64,000 nucleotides of DNA from positions 362,143 through 426,142 of the forward strand of contig CAWEWF010000004.1 of NCBI GenBank assembly GCA_963812605.1, written 5' to 3'. Below the pieces are notes generated by a model. That model did no database searches. It saw only the letters and a program-made list of their open reading frames with translations, and was not told the origin of the DNA. This DNA comes from an uncultured Verrucomicrobiae bacterium (GTDB taxonomy: Bacteria > Verrucomicrobiota > Verrucomicrobiia > Palsa-1439). This document shows positions 20,904 to 33,398 of the stretch, piece by piece. The translations under genes and the position numbers were made by a program. Position 1 is the stretch's first letter, and each line of letters opens with the position of its first letter.

Positions 20904-22421
20904 ATGAATGATCCCTTTTTCAGCCGATGGAGACCCGGTCACGCAGATTATGAACCATCTTCGGTTCGTTTGACCGACCTGCTTTTTTTGTTGTCTTGCG
21001 TGATCCTGGTCTACCTTCCCGTTATTGTGGCCACGTACGCCTTCCAGGACGATTACATGTATCTTGAGACTACGCGCGGAGGTTTCCACTGGATATGGAC
21101 GGAGTTTGCAGCGGGTGGCCGGCCCTTGTTGATCATCCCAAACTTCCTGTCTTTTTCGATGGTGTCCACGGTCCACGGCCTGAGTTTTGTGCGCGCCGCC
21201 ACCGTTGCGGCCCTATGCCCGCTTGCGGTGGTGATTTATTTGGCCCTGTTCAGGGCCGGCTTTTCCACCAGACTGTCCGCGCTGCTGGCCTTCATACTTG
21301 TTACCCTGCCGGCTTTCCAAGTGGTCGCCGCCGTGTCGGGATGTGCCGTGTTTCCGTTGGTGGCAGCCACCACCGGCGTTTCTGCCTTTCTGGTCATGCA
21401 ATCCACTGGAGACGCCAAAGCATTCGTGAGACTTGGAAGACTGGGTCTGGCTTGTTTGCTTTTACTGGCCGGAATGATGGTCTACCAGCCCGATGTCATG
21501 TTCTTCTGGGTCTTTGTTGCGATCCTCGCGTTGAGCCCGCGGGAGGGCATTCCCTTGGTGGCGCGGAAGGTATTCTACTGTCTGTTTGTTGGTGCCGTTG
21601 CCTGCATCATGGAGTTCCTTGTCGCGAAACTTGGAGTCGCGGTTTATGGACCTGTCGCGGGCTCGGCCCGATCCGGCATAACCCATGATGTGGTCGGGAA
21701 AATCCATTGGTTTCTCAAAGAGCCCCTCAAGAACGCGTTGAACCTGAATTCGATTGACCCCACGGGGCGGTTCGCCGTCGCGAGCGCTATTTTCATCGTG
21801 GTCGGACTGTTCCTCTACTTCGGCGGTTCCCTGCGGTATCGGCTAACCATGTTGGCCATGGCGCTGATACTGGTCCCGCTTTCCTACCTGCCGAATCTTG
21901 TTGTTTTGGAAAGCTGGGCCACCTACCGGACACTGGCGGCCCTGGGTGCACTCTTCGTGTTTTACGTTTTTCTCGCCCTGCACGGGTACCTGCGGGCATT
22001 GCGGATGTTCTCCGCTCAGTCTTGCCAGCGGTTGCTTCTCGGTGTGCTTGTGTCCTGGGCGGTCCTCTCGGGGTTTGACGCCTCGCGCAATCTGGTCAGG
22101 TACTTTATCGAGCCCCAGGTGACCGAGTACCATCTGTTGAAGGGGCAACTGAAAAAGATCGATCTCGCCGCGGTGCAGACGATTTACGTCATTCGTGCCC
22201 GATGGTACGACGGGGTGACCTCCTTCATGTGCTATGATGAGTTTGGCCTCCCTTCCTCGTGCGAGCCATGGGTACCCGGGCCAATGGTGAAATGCGCCAT
22301 TCGGGAAATCGGCGGCGATTCTGACCGAATTACAGTCATCTCGTTTGGTGACGACGAAGTCAAGAAGGTCCCTCCAGGCGCCACCGTAATCGATATGCGA
22401 ACCCTCAGGCAGTTTCGCTGA
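20904..22421 (+). CDS. GtrII-like integral membrane glycosyltransferase
   Basis: DDY and GRP motifs, YQP, many TM segments. Confidence 0.7.
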   Translation: MNDPFFSRWRPGHADYEPSSVRLTDLLFLLSCVILVYLPVIVATYAFQDDYMYLETTRGGFHWIWTEFAAGGRPLLIIPNFLSFSMVSTVHGLSFVRAATVAALCPLAVVIYLALFRAGFSTRLSALLAFILVTLPAFQVVAAVSGCAVFPLVAATTGVSAFLVMQSTGDAKAFVRLGRLGLACLLLLAGMMVYQPDVMFFWVFVAILALSPREGIPLVARKVFYCLFVGAVACIMEFLVAKLGVAVYGPVAGSARSGITHDVVGKIHWFLKEPLKNALNLNSIDPTGRFAVASAIFIVVGLFLYFGGSLRYRLTMLAMALILVPLSYLPNLVVLESWATYRTLAALGALFVFYVFLALHGYLRALRMFSAQSCQRLLLGVLVSWAVLSGFDASRNLVRYFIEPQVTEYHLLKGQLKKIDLAAVQTIYVIRARWYDGVTSFMCYDEFGLPSSCEPWVPGPMVKCAIREIGGDSDRITVISFGDDEVKKVPPGATVIDMRTLRQFR

Positions 22422-22444
22422 ACCGGGGTTACCATCGTTTTTTT

Positions 22445-24606
22445 ATGAGAACTTGCATTGTCACCTCGGACCTTGTCGGCCCGATTAAGAACGGGGGGAT
22501 CGGGACACACTGCTATTACCTCGCCCGGTTCCTGCGCCAGGAGTTGGGCCATGAAGTCACGGTTCTTTTCACCTCGTCGATCTCGGAAGCCGCCTTGCGC
22601 CCGTGGAAAAAACGGTACTCCAAGGAATGGGGAATCCGCCTTGTCGGCCTCAAGAGCACCGTGAACTGGCCGCAAATCAAGCAGAGCCCGTCGTATCCCG
22701 TTCTGCGCCGGTCGCGCCAGGTGTACGACTGGCTCAAGGAACAGGACTTTGATTATTGTCACTTTGAGGACTGGCAACCTGAAGGTTTTATGGCGATCCA
22801 AGCCAAGCGCACGGGGCAGGCGTTCGACAGAACCAAGCTGATCTTCGGTCTGCATGGCAATGCGGAGTGGTCCCGCGAAGGCATGCTCGCCTACGAGGAC
22901 AACTGGACACTCGGGCTCGCGACCGAATACATGGCCCGCTATTCCGCGGAACACGCCGATCTCCTGTTGAGCCCCAGCCAGCACATGTTCGACTGGGCGC
23001 AGGCACACCGCTGGACGTTCCGGCAAATCGGCGCGTTATTCCCTACCTTTTTGAATTGCCGTTTGCGCCGCAGCCCAAACCATTCGCGCGCCGCCACTTG
23101 ATTTTCTTTGGCCGCCTCGAGACCCGCAAAGGATTGGTCGTGTTCGCCAGGGCCTTGCAGGCGCTCGCGCCGCGTTTGCCGGATTCGCGGGAGCCGATAC
23201 GGGTGACGTTTCTGGGCCGAAACTATTTTGTGGGGAAACAACTCGCGGCCGATTATCTCGCGGAAGCCATGAAGCCAGGCGGCCAGGCGTTCGACTGGGA
23301 GGTGGTCAGCGATTTGGGCCAGCCCGAGGCGTTGCGCTTCGTCACGGACCATGCTGACGCGCTGGTGGTGCTGCCGTCATTAGTGGATAACCTGCCCTTC
23401 ACGGTCATCGAATGTTTGCAGCTTCGCTTGAACCTGATCGCTTCGCGGGTGGGTGGCATTCCCGAGCTGATCGACACGCCCGAATGCCTTTTCGATCCGA
23501 CCCCGCAAGCCTTGAGCCAAAAACTGCTTGAATGCCTGCGTGATGGCGTTCCCGCAGCCCGCTCCCGGTACAATACGGACGACGCGCGGGCGGCCTGGCG
23601 AAAGGTGCACGAGCCCGACTCCTGGCCATCGCGACCCGCAAAGGAGTTGCGCACGCCGAAAGTCTCGGTATGTGTTCCGCACCACAATTACGGCGAATTC
23701 CTGCCGCTGGCCCTGGACACCCTGGCGAGCCAAACCTACAAGAATTTCGAGGTGATCGTCGTTGACGACGGGTCGACGGATCCAGAATCCCTCGCGACAT
23801 TCCGATCCCTGCGGAAGAAATACCCGCAACCCGAATGGAAGTTTCTGGAAAAGGAGAACGGTTTTACCGGACAAACACGCAACTTCGCCGCGCGACAGGC
23901 GACGGGTGAATACCTGGTGTTTGCAGATTCCGATAATGTGAGCACGCCGCAGATGCTCGAACGCCTGGTGCAGGGCATCGAAACTTCGGGCGCGGATTGC
24001 CTGAGCTGCCACAATCTGGGATTCAGCAACGACCTCTCGCGGCGGTTGGGACAATGGCGACACCGCTATGTGCCGCTGGGGCCGTGCCTGGAACTTGCGA
24101 TGTACCAGAATACCCTCGGCGACGTGAATTTCATCATCCGCCGCGAGGTCTTCGAGAAGCTCGCGGGATTCCATGAAGAGCGCATCGGCCTGGAGGATTG
24201 GGATTTTTTGCTGCGGTTGGCGATGAATGGTTACGCGCTCGATGTCGTTCCGGAAGTATTGTTCTATTATCGCCAATCCCACACGAGCGTGACGGGCGTT
24301 GTCGATCACTACACCAGCCACCAACGATTGCTCCGCAATGTGATGTCAGGAATGCCCCCCTGGCAGCAGCGATTTCTCACCAATGCCGTCGGCGCGTTCT
24401 GGACCAATCTCCCCATGCCGCGCGCGGCGGATGTCGAACTCGATAGTGACATCCCGGTGTTGCCCGACGACTCGGAATCGCTTCGTCGTGAACTCGCGCA
24501 ACTAAATGCGCGTCTCGAACGGCTCAAGGCGTCACCGCTCTACGCCATTGGTCGCTGGTGGTATTATCTTACGCTCCGGTTCAAGAAGAAGCCGCCCACC
24601 GGCTGA
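22445..24606 (+). CDS. GT4 plus GT2 glycosyltransferase (frameshift near 23020)
   Basis: NGGIGT, GRLETRKG, DNLPFTVIE, VVDDGS, FADSD. Confidence 0.85.
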
Positions 24607-24622
24607 GCCAGGTTGCGCCAGT

Positions 24623-25525
24623 ATGAGCCAACCCCGTCCCGAGCCGCGCATCTCCTTCATCATCCCGGTCTTTAACGGGCTGCCCCGTACCCGGGCGTGC
24701 CTCGACAGCTTGCGGGAGACGGTGGATCTCTCGGAGCACGAGGTCATCGTTGTCGACGATTTCAGCGCGGACGGAACGCGCGAGGTTCTCGCCGGACTGC
24801 CCGCGCCGCCATTCCATATCATTCGGAATGAAACCCGGCGCTGCTACGCCGCGAACAACAATGCCGCCGCCGCTGTCGCCCGCGCCGAATTCCTCTGCCT
24901 GCTCAACAACGATCTGGTTCTCACGCCCGGCTGGTTGGCCCCGCTGTTGCGCGCCTTCGATCAATTCCCCAACGCGGGTATCGTCGGCAACGTCCAGCGC
25001 AATCCCAACACAGGGCGATACGATCACATGGGCTTCGTCTTCGGCGACAACGGCGTGCCGTGGCATTTCGGGAAATACTTTCCCTTTCGACCCTACCGCG
25101 GCTATACCGAGTGGCGCGCAGTCACGACGGCTTGTTGTCTCATCAAGAAATCGGTCTTCCTCGAAGCCGGTGGTTTTGACGAGCAATACATCAACGGAAG
25201 CGAAGACGTGGATTTGTGCCTGCGCCTCGGACGCATCGGTCGCCGGCATTACGTCGCGAATGAAAGCATCGTCTTTCACCACGTTAGTTCCTCGTTGGGC
25301 CGTCACGAGTTCAACGAGGCGAACGAACAGCGGCTGTTGGCGCGCTGGCAGGCGGAAATTCAGCGTTCGCTTACGCCGCGCGACCGGCGCCTCGCCGCCG
25401 CGAACTACCTGCTGCGTTTCGCCACGCAACCCTGGCGCTACAACCTCCGCCGTCTCTGGCACGCCCTGCTCTCCCTGATCTCCGGGGGACAACTTACCCA
25501 TGCGACCGCTCACACTCAACGCTGA
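24623..25525 (+). CDS. GT2 glycosyltransferase (rhamnosyltransferase-like)
   Basis: IIPVFN, VVDDFS, LLNND, EDVDLCLR. Confidence 0.9.
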   Translation: MSQPRPEPRISFIIPVFNGLPRTRACLDSLRETVDLSEHEVIVVDDFSADGTREVLAGLPAPPFHIIRNETRRCYAANNNAAAAVARAEFLCLLNNDLVLTPGWLAPLLRAFDQFPNAGIVGNVQRNPNTGRYDHMGFVFGDNGVPWHFGKYFPFRPYRGYTEWRAVTTACCLIKKSVFLEAGGFDEQYINGSEDVDLCLRLGRIGRRHYVANESIVFHHVSSSLGRHEFNEANEQRLLARWQAEIQRSLTPRDRRLAAANYLLRFATQPWRYNLRRLWHALLSLISGGQLTHATAHTQR

Positions 25526-26501
25526 CGCCCGCCTGCTGATCGCGCGTCCCGACCGCGTGGGCGACGTGATTATCTCCACCTCATGCCTCGCGCCCCTGCG
25601 CCAGGCGTTTCCACGCGGCGAACTTTTTTTCCTCGCAGCGGAGCGGATGCGGCCGTTGCTGGACAATCATCCCGATTTGAGCGGCTTCATCTCCGACGCG
25701 GCGCAGATCGCGCGCCTCGCGCCAGACGCCATCGTGCATCTGCATCCTGACAAGGAAGTTTATCTGGCCGCACAGCGCGCCGCTGTTCCCATCCGCATCG
25801 GCTACCGTCACAAATCGTTGGGCAGGTATCTCACGCATTCGCTTGCCGACCGGCGCGCGGAGGGACTGAAACATGAAGCCGCCAACAATTTCGATCTGCT
25901 GCAGTTGATCGGCGTCGATCCGCCGAGTCGTTTGGAACCAAATGTGCATCTTCCCGAGTCGGCCCTCGGCTTGCTCCGTGCAAAATTGCCGTGGCCATTG
26001 GAATCCACGCCGTTCGCCGTGCTGAATCCCTCGGCGCACTCGCCGGTGGCCCGCTGGCCGGTCGAATCCTTTTTGCGCCTGGCCGACAGACTGGAGAGCG
26101 AAGGCGGCTTGCGGTCGGTCTTTATCGGCGCGGACGCCGAGGATTGTCTTCCGGGCGGTGCCTCCCGGTTCCTGGATCTCGCGGGCAAAACGGACCTGGC
26201 CGAATTGGGCTGGCTCCTGAAACACGCGCGCGTGCTGGTCACGCGGGACACGGGACCGAGCCATCTCGCGGCGGCGGTTGGTTGCCCCGTGGTGGTGATC
26301 TTTGGCCGCACCACGCCGACGTACGGACCGACCCGCTGGCGCCCCCTGACGGAACGAGCGGTCATCGTGGCGAAGTCCGTCCCACGAAAGCGCTGGGAAT
26401 CACAGGAGAAGTACTGGCGGCGGAGTTTTGCGGCGATTCACGTTGACGAGGTCGAGACCGCGGTTCGACAAGCCCTGTCGATACCGCACCGTGCGCCGTG
26501 A
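25500..26501 (+). CDS. GT9 (heptosyltransferase-like) protein
   Basis: DRVGDVII, DTGPSHLAAAVG, FGRT. Confidence 0.9.
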   Translation: MRPLTLNADARLLIARPDRVGDVIISTSCLAPLRQAFPRGELFFLAAERMRPLLDNHPDLSGFISDAAQIARLAPDAIVHLHPDKEVYLAAQRAAVPIRIGYRHKSLGRYLTHSLADRRAEGLKHEAANNFDLLQLIGVDPPSRLEPNVHLPESALGLLRAKLPWPLESTPFAVLNPSAHSPVARWPVESFLRLADRLESEGGLRSVFIGADAEDCLPGGASRFLDLAGKTDLAELGWLLKHARVLVTRDTGPSHLAAAVGCPVVVIFGRTTPTYGPTRWRPLTERAVIVAKSVPRKRWESQEKYWRRSFAAIHVDEVETAVRQALSIPHRAP

Positions 26502-26505
26502 ACCG

Positions 26506-27261
26506 TTATTTGGGCAGGGTAAAGACGACACTCATCGGCGCGTTCGCGCTGGCCGCCGTGCCAATCCACGACACCAAGGGAGCCGCATCGATCGACACCG
26601 TGGCGGCTTTGTCCGGAATGCTGCGGATGATCACGCTGCCGGACGGCAGCCTGACCGCGCGCGCGTAAACTGCGTTCGGTGTGCGCGGGAAACGTCCCAG
26701 CCCGGCCTGTAGTTTTCCGTCCTTGCCAATCGTGACCGGAGCGCGCCGCCATTCCACGCGCGCCACGAATTGCGTCGCCCCGGGCGCAACGGTTTTATCG
26801 AGATGCAACGTCACCGGCGGATTTCGCGACCGTGCTTTCACCCATACGATTGTAAAGGGAATCGGCTCGCCCGCGGTCGTGTAAAAACCGACGAACCCTT
26901 TCCCATCGCCCCCCAGGGAAGACTGCGCATTCTGGAGAGGATTGAATCCCTGGTTCACCACCGTCTGGGTCACGATGGAGACCGCATCGGTGCCGCTCTT
27001 TTCGAGCGCGAAAAGTGAAACGGTTCCCAAGGGCAGTTGTCGTTGCACGGCTTCGTTGCGGGCCGATCCCAGGAGATCGCTGAATTTTTCCCAAGCGGCC
27101 TTCAACCGATCATCCTTGCTGAGCGTCGACCCAATGCGGTCTTCCTGTCGGATCCAATCGGGAGGGCCGCCGTGAAAGGCGACATAGGCGCGCCGGGCGC
27201 AGAACGCCAGGACGACCACACAGGCGAGTGCCGCCAACCAGAGTTTCCAGTCTTGTTTCAT
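26506..27261 (-). CDS. hypothetical exported or membrane-anchored protein
   Basis: 251-aa ORF with a hydrophobic N-terminus. Confidence 0.65.
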   Translation of the reverse strand: MKQDWKLWLAALACVVVLAFCARRAYVAFHGGPPDWIRQEDRIGSTLSKDDRLKAAWEKFSDLLGSARNEAVQRQLPLGTVSLFALEKSGTDAVSIVTQTVVNQGFNPLQNAQSSLGGDGKGFVGFYTTAGEPIPFTIVWVKARSRNPPVTLHLDKTVAPGATQFVARVEWRRAPVTIGKDGKLQAGLGRFPRTPNAVYARAVRLPSGSVIIRSIPDKAATVSIDAAPLVSWIGTAASANAPMSVVFTLPK

Positions 27262-27327
27262 GAGGGCGAGCTTTGTCCCGTTCTCGGGATCCCGCCAGTG
27301 CGGGACCGCGGGAGAAGAATCACGTCA

Positions 27328-28009
27328 TCACTGCCAATTGGCCATCTTGTCGTACCAGTAGGTCATCTGGGTCACGTCGAAATGATTGAAAGGCGCGACA
27401 TGCCCGTCCGCGAACAGAAAATTGGCGTAGCCCAGGTGCGGGGGCGGATAATTCCCCGAGGTTGTGCTGAATCCGGTGCGGTCGGCCGTCTCATTGGTCG
27501 GGTCAATCTCCTGTATCGGGCTGATGAAGAGGTCCTCGCTCATCAGGATGAACGCCGAAGGATTGCTGATCTGCCGGAAATCGATGGCATAAATTCCCGT
27601 GCCGGGAGATCCGGCCTCGACATACGCCGGCAGGAGGTTCAGGTAATACGCCACCGGCAAGATCCGGCATCCACGGAGGACGGTCGGGATCGAGGTAAAC
27701 TTTCGTGGTCTTCAGATAGGGAAACAGAAGCTGGCTCCAGGCCTGGGTGCCGCTGCCCGAGGAAGTCCACGTCGGAAAAATCCCGCTCAAGGCGGCGAGT
27801 TGGCCGCCCGAATCATCGGTGTACATTTGGGCCGCGATGCCGAGTTGGCGCAGGTTGTTGATGCAACCGGCCGCCCGCGCTTTCTTGCGGGCAATTCCCA
27901 ATGACGGCATCAAAAGCGCCGCCAGCAGCCCGATAATGGCGATGACGACGAGCAATTCCACCAAGGTGAAGCCCTGCGCCGCCTGCCTTTGCCGTGGATT
28001 TGTTTTCAT
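27328..28009 (-). CDS. prepilin-type N-terminal / H-X9-DG domain protein (frameshift near 27660)
   Basis: [21 protein letters not shown]; [14 protein letters not shown]. Confidence 0.9.
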
Positions 28010-30004
28010 TTCTTCACCTCACTCGGATTTATTGCGGGAACCGCCGCCGGTCCATTGGTCGTGGCAGCCGCGGCGTTTGCCACCGGTGGCGGTAATTTTT
28101 TTGGTGTGGCCTTTTTTAACTTTTCGCGCAGATCACGCAAATCGTGCTCCGTGTCCTGCACTTTCGTCCAGGCCGCCTGCCCGCCTGGAAAACGCGCGTC
28201 GAAATCCGCACGCTCGTCCCGCAGCTTGGCGTCCAAATCATCAATCTGTTGTTCCAAATCAGCCACGCTCGTGGGTTTTGGCGTCCGGGGTTTAATTCGG
28301 TACAGCGCCCATGCAGTATAGCTCAAGTCATTGTCCCTTGCGCCGTAACGGATCTCCGTCCATTCGGTCAGGGGTCGAATTCGAACTCGTCCCCCAGCCG
28401 TCCTCGCGCGCGACGATAAGAGTCCTTGGGCAGGATCATCGCCACTTTCACGGCCAGCCGTCAGTTGTTGGTTGATGAGATCGCGTTGTTCCTGCGTAAG
28501 CTCCGAATCGCTTTTCTTGCCCTGGGTCTCAGCCAGTTTCTCCGCTTTGCGGCGCTGAAACGGGCGCGGATCATTGTCCTTGAGAATCTTGATCCGATTC
28601 TGGATGGCCCCGCGGTCGAACGTCTCCTGGGCATAGAGGCGATAGTCGCCCGCGAACTCGAGGAAATTCAGCAGGCGATCATTGGCCACGATCACCGCGC
28701 CATCTTTCAGTTTGTCTTGCACTCTCTCGGTCGTTTCTTTGGCAAACAGCAGGCGGTCCCTCTGGCGATCAAGCTGGCGCATGGCTTCGCGCAAATTCGC
28801 CGTCGCCACCACGATCACAAACATCCCCAATCCCACCTCCCACCACCACGGTCGCGCCCGCACCGCGTAACACAACAGCGCCAGCGCGCTCAGGATCAAG
28901 GGCGGAAATACGCTGACGAAAAAACGCACGTATCCCGGTCCGTCACCTTGCGGCGCCCAGTAGTACGCGCTGTATAAAAATAATCCCGGCACCGCCCACA
29001 ACCCGAGCAACAGACCGCGTTTCGCGTCGTGCGTGGCCAGGTACGCCAGCCCCACGAGTCCCAGCGGGAACAGCAAGATCAGGCCGCCCGTGTCCATGCG
29101 GGTCAACATCAACCACCAGTTTTCCTTGAAGAACTTCCAGCCGAAACCCGTCGACTCGCCGCACAACGAGTAACCCGTGACCCACGGCGCGCCGAACGCC
29201 TTCCAATGATGAATCAGCAGCGGCGTCACGGCCATAATCGCCGCCGCGGTCATCACGGCAAATTCCCTCAAGACTTTCTTCCGGGCGACCGGTCGCTGAT
29301 CGGCGGGCGTTTCCATCCTGAAATATCGCCACAAGACCATGGCCACAATCGGCAGGATCAACAGGCCGTCCGTATAGCGCACCGTGCTCGCATAGGCCGA
29401 CAGCGCGCCCGCAAGGAACGCGTTCCCTATTCCGCCTGACTCTGTCCACCGCCACAAGGAAAAACATTCCCCAGACCGCAAAGCAGATCGAGCCGGAATG
29501 GCTCTGCGCGGAGACGCCGAAATAGGCATGCAGCGGATTCGTGGCGAGGAGGATCGCCGCCAGCGCGCCGGCAAATTCACCCAGCATCGCTCGTCCCAGA
29601 AAAAAAGTTCCCAGGACCGCGAGCGCGGCGAGGATCGGGTTCACCAGAAAGACTGCCGTCGGGCCGCCGAGTTTGTAGGCAAGCGCACACAGGGCCGGAT
29701 AGCCGAGGGGATATTTTCCGTAATAATTCCCGTTGTCCGCGAGCACATAGTTGCCGCTGACAAACTCGTTCGGGTCATCCAGGACTTTTCCCGAGTCCCC
29801 CTTCGTCGCGAGGCTCTTGGCGGTAATCAGGTAGCCGTTTTCGTCGATCCCTTCATAGGACGCGACGTAATAGCCCGATAGCAGCGCGCAGAACAACGCC
29901 ACGATGGCCAGGGCCACCGGCGCACTCGACAGACTGGCACGGTTCCATACAGTCACGAGGTTTGTCCCATTGATGTAACAACGACGACGCTGGAAAGTTA
30001 CCAC
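28006..30004 (-). CDS. GT-C fold (ArnT/PMT-like) membrane glycosyltransferase (frameshift near 29450; start uncertain)
   Basis: DENGY acidic loop, KYPLGYP, multiple TM helices over two frames. Confidence 0.7.
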
Positions 30005-30023
30005 AAGCGGGCGTTGCGGGCAG

Positions 30024-31023
30024 CTACAGTCCCAGCCGTTGGATGAGAAAGAAAATTACCGGCACGGTAAGCAAACTGAAGAGCGTACTGTAGAAAATCC
30101 CCTGCGCGCTGAGCGACACGTCGCCACCAAAACGTTCGGTGAACATGCTGCAAGAAATCGCCACGGGCATCGTCGCGATGAGGTAGCCGACCATTCGCGG
30201 GATTTCCGGCACGATCACGCCGGTTCTGAGCACGGCCCAACCGACCGCTATCGTGAGTAACGGCCCAACGATCAACCGGGCGAGCAGCACGCCCCAAAGC
30301 GCCCGCGAAGGCCGATGCATATGGAGTTCGAGATCGCCAAGTTGCGCGCCGATTGCCAGCAACGACACTGGGATGGTCATGCTGCCCACCATGCCCAGCG
30401 CCTGCACCACGGCGCTCGCGGCCAGATGCGGCGGCGATCCCGAGAAAATCGTCGCCGCTTCCCAGTTATGTGAGGAAGGCACAAGCAACGCGACAACAAT
30501 CCCCGCGGCGGTCGCGATCAGATCCGGGATTTTTCACGATATGGCTTGTCGCTTCACGCGCGGTCACGCCGCCACGCAGGAGCCAAACGCCAAACGACCA
30601 GAGCATGAGTTGCGCGCCGACATTATCGAGCAGGAGGGTCCGCACGCCCGCGTCGCCGTACATGGCCTCGACGATCGGCAGCGGCAGGAAGATCCAATTC
30701 GGTATCGCCGCGAGAAAGACGAAGGTGTTTTTCTGTTCGGCGCGACAGAAGAACGGCGCGATGAGCAAGCCCGCTCCGTAGGCGATGATGATCAATAGGC
30801 ACATGAGCAACGGCGCAAACCAGCTCTCCCGCAAAGCCCCCGGCGTGACCGTACGCAGCATTTGCGTGAAGACCAGCGCAGGGAATGCAATATCCACAAC
30901 AAACCGGCTCAGGATTTTTGTCGTTTCCGCGGGTAGGTAGCCGCGCCGGCGCACCAACCAGCCGACAACAATCACCAGGAACATCGCGGCGATTTTCACC
31001 AGGACGATTTGCCAGTCAACCAT
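30024..31023 (-). CDS. AEC family transporter (frameshift near 30520)
   Basis: PALVF, N-x4-LP, TIPVSLLAIG, ATMPVA, STLFSLLTVP. Confidence 0.88.
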
Positions 31024-31174
31024 GCGCTCCTCAAGCGCAGCACTCTAGGGAATCCAGCAGAGGAAGTCACATCGCAATTTCACCAGCGAGACGCAGAGGA
31101 CACGGGGCGCATAAAACGGGCGTCCCTGTCCGCCGTAGCTTTATCGAAGGCTGATCGCCTGTTTTGCCGTTTGC

Positions 31175-31203
31175 TTCACCACGAAGTCACGAAGAGCACG
31201 AAG
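31175..31203 (+). repeat. TTCACCACGAAG-(NN)CACGAAG short repeat
   Basis: Three CACGAAG units; the same motif occurs at 38590. Confidence 0.7.
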
Positions 31204-31336
31204 TCGTTGCAGGCGGACCAAAAGCAAATGCAGTTGAAGGAAACGGCGGGGGGGCATCCCGACGGACAGGTAGAATTGCGTAAGGCCAAGCGCGCGGCCG
31301 CGCCTAATAATTTGGCGGTGTAACCCGCCGACAACC

Positions 31337-32380
31337 TCATTCTGTTTCTGACACCAAGATGCTCGACTTCCCATTCCCGTTGACCAACGCGCCCTCGTCA
31401 AAACGGTAGCGACTGCCAATCAGGTATTCTTCGACATTTTCACTCGCAAGCCATCGCCGCCCAAGGCGCTCCGCTACAGCGCCGCAGGTATTGGAGCCCG
31501 CAAAGGGGTCATATACGAGATCACCCTCGGTCGTGAGGAGTTTAATGAAGAATTCTGGAAGTGCGGCAGGAAATCGCGCTGGATGAATCTTAACTCCATG
31601 CTGCTTGCAACACTTCGTGTAATAATCGTTCGCCGAGTTGTTGCCTAGCCGAAGCATCGACTCAGCGTCTGAGTCGTCTATCACGTTTGGCGGGATCGAC
31701 CCTCCAGACGAAATATCGGTGAACCCGGATTTGATGCTGTGTCCAGAAGGTCGGATGGTTTCAAGCACACCGCGTTTGTTCAAACGAATCATGTCAGCGC
31801 TGTATGGCCTAAGCACATTCCTGTTGTTGGCTTTCGGGTGCGGTGTTTTAGAAAACCACCAAAGATATTCGACGGAGTCCTTGATCCGTACCCGCCTCAC
31901 TGTCACCCACTCGGCTGGCATGGGCATTTTCGCTGGGTTATACCAAAAGGCTTCTTGCGCTAAATGGAAACCAACTTCCTCTACCAAAGCCACGAGCAGC
32001 TTAAAGTGATAGATGGACCGTGTAGGACTTCCCTGATTGTAGCTTCCGCCGATGTTTAGAACAAAACTACCATCGTCAGTGAGCACTCGCTTAAATTCTT
32101 TGGCGAAGCGTACAAACCACTCAACGTACTTGTGCTTCTCAACATTCCCGTATGCCTTTTTGAAATGCAGTGCATAGGGGGGGGACGTAAAGATCAGGTT
32201 GGCGCTATGGTCCGGCATGTCGGCGAGCATACACTCGGAATCACATAGATAGGCCGCACCGAAATCCGTTTCGTGGAACGGCTCCAGGCTTTTCACAAGT
32301 GCCGAGGGATGGACGCCCTTGCCGAAATGCAAATCCCTCTGCCTCTTCACGGTCGTTTTCACACTGGCTTCTGTTGACAA
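31337..32380 (-). CDS. beta-class N4-cytosine DNA methyltransferase, M.PvuII-like
   Basis: TSPPY before DPFAGSNT; DGSFV, RPSGH, GGSIPPN and HPARFP match recalled M.PvuII blocks. Confidence 0.9.
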   Translation of the reverse strand: MSTEASVKTTVKRQRDLHFGKGVHPSALVKSLEPFHETDFGAAYLCDSECMLADMPDHSANLIFTSPPYALHFKKAYGNVEKHKYVEWFVRFAKEFKRVLTDDGSFVLNIGGSYNQGSPTRSIYHFKLLVALVEEVGFHLAQEAFWYNPAKMPMPAEWVTVRRVRIKDSVEYLWWFSKTPHPKANNRNVLRPYSADMIRLNKRGVLETIRPSGHSIKSGFTDISSGGSIPPNVIDDSDAESMLRLGNNSANDYYTKCCKQHGVKIHPARFPAALPEFFIKLLTTEGDLVYDPFAGSNTCGAVAERLGRRWLASENVEEYLIGSRYRFDEGALVNGNGKSSILVSETE

Positions 32381-32465
32381 AACAAGTTTCCTTTAGTGTC
32401 AGAGTTTACTACACTCTTGACCAAATGCACACTTCGGAATGTAGCCCACCCCGAAGTTTATCAGG

Positions 32466-32496
32466 AGACTAGTGGTTTAGGTTTACAATGTCAACC
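32466..32496 (-). promoter_or_regulatory. MTase promoter overlapped by an inverted-repeat operator
   Basis: Minus strand TTGACA-17-TAGTCT; GGTTTACA-A-TGTCAACC (32480-32496) covers that -35 and the HTH start codon. Confidence 0.6.
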
Positions 32497-32709
32497 AAAA
32501 AAGAAATCGCTATTTCGCCCTCCGATTGGGTCTCTCCGGCTGAGGCTGCCAGGATTCGCGGGGTTTCGCGGCAAGCGATCACGAAACTCATCAAGGGAGG
32601 TCGCATTGAAACGGTTGAAATTGCCGGACGAAAGCTCGTTCGGTTGTCCGCTGTCGAGGCTTTCAAAGCGAACCCACCGGGCCGAAAGAAGCAGAGCAAG
32701 AGAAAATGA
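32488..32709 (+). CDS. small HTH protein (excisionase/MerR-like), probable R-M controller
   Basis: [26 protein letters not shown]; ATGA-coupled to the nuclease. Confidence 0.8.
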   Translation: MSTKKEIAISPSDWVSPAEAARIRGVSRQAITKLIKGGRIETVEIAGRKLVRLSAVEAFKANPPGRKKQSKRK

Positions 32710-33398
32710 GTAGACTCGACGAGATTCACAAGTTGCTCTTGCAGTGCACCCCAGAGGAGCGGCAGCAAGTATTTAAGATTCTTCGGTCGGAATTCCACAT
32801 CCATCCGTTTGAGAAAGCGCTTAATACGCGAGCCGAGGTCATCTTGGAGGCGATCAGCAAAGCACCAGATCTGACTATTCGTGGTGTCAGAGGCATTATC
32901 GCAGAGGCTAGTTTTATCGTGGATGTGATTGGCCCTCTTCTCGAATCAGGGTGGCGTGACGCCACACCGAAAGGAGACCTGCCATACGACTGCCTGATCG
33001 AAGACAATAAGGGTGGCGTCCGAGTACAGGTCAAAATGCAACGGCTCAAGGATCATCGTCCAATGATGGCATCAGAAGGATTTCGCCGCCTCTCCAAGGA
33101 CAAGTTTGTCGTTGAAACTCAGCGAACTCGCGGAGGCAAGGACGGCGCTGGAGGAAACACCCGCCCTTACAAATTCGGAGAGTTTGACATCTTGGCTGTT
33201 TCCTTGCACCCATCCACAAATGATTGGCGTGAATTCAGATACACAGTTGCCAGCTGGCTGCTGCCAGAGCCCGATGCTTCCTCGAACATTCTTAAATTCC
33301 AGCCGGTTTCGCAAATCCCGAACGCGGATTGGACTTCAAAATTCCTTGAGGCTATCGCCTGGTATCGCAGCGGCAAACGGAAACGTATCGCAGTCTGA
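32706..33398 (+). CDS. putative type II restriction endonuclease, PD-(D/E)XK fold
   Basis: E...PYD...VQVK motif; adjacent to the MTase. Confidence 0.75.
   Translation: MSRLDEIHKLLLQCTPEERQQVFKILRSEFHIHPFEKALNTRAEVILEAISKAPDLTIRGVRGIIAEASFIVDVIGPLLESGWRDATPKGDLPYDCLIEDNKGGVRVQVKMQRLKDHRPMMASEGFRRLSKDKFVVETQRTRGGKDGAGGNTRPYKFGEFDILAVSLHPSTNDWREFRYTVASWLLPEPDASSNILKFQPVSQIPNADWTSKFLEAIAWYRSGKRKRIAV

Noticed and set aside
31255-31323. Possible 3' remnant of an H-X9-DG gene (DGQVELRK...*) at the R-M island edge
   Set aside because: Too short to support
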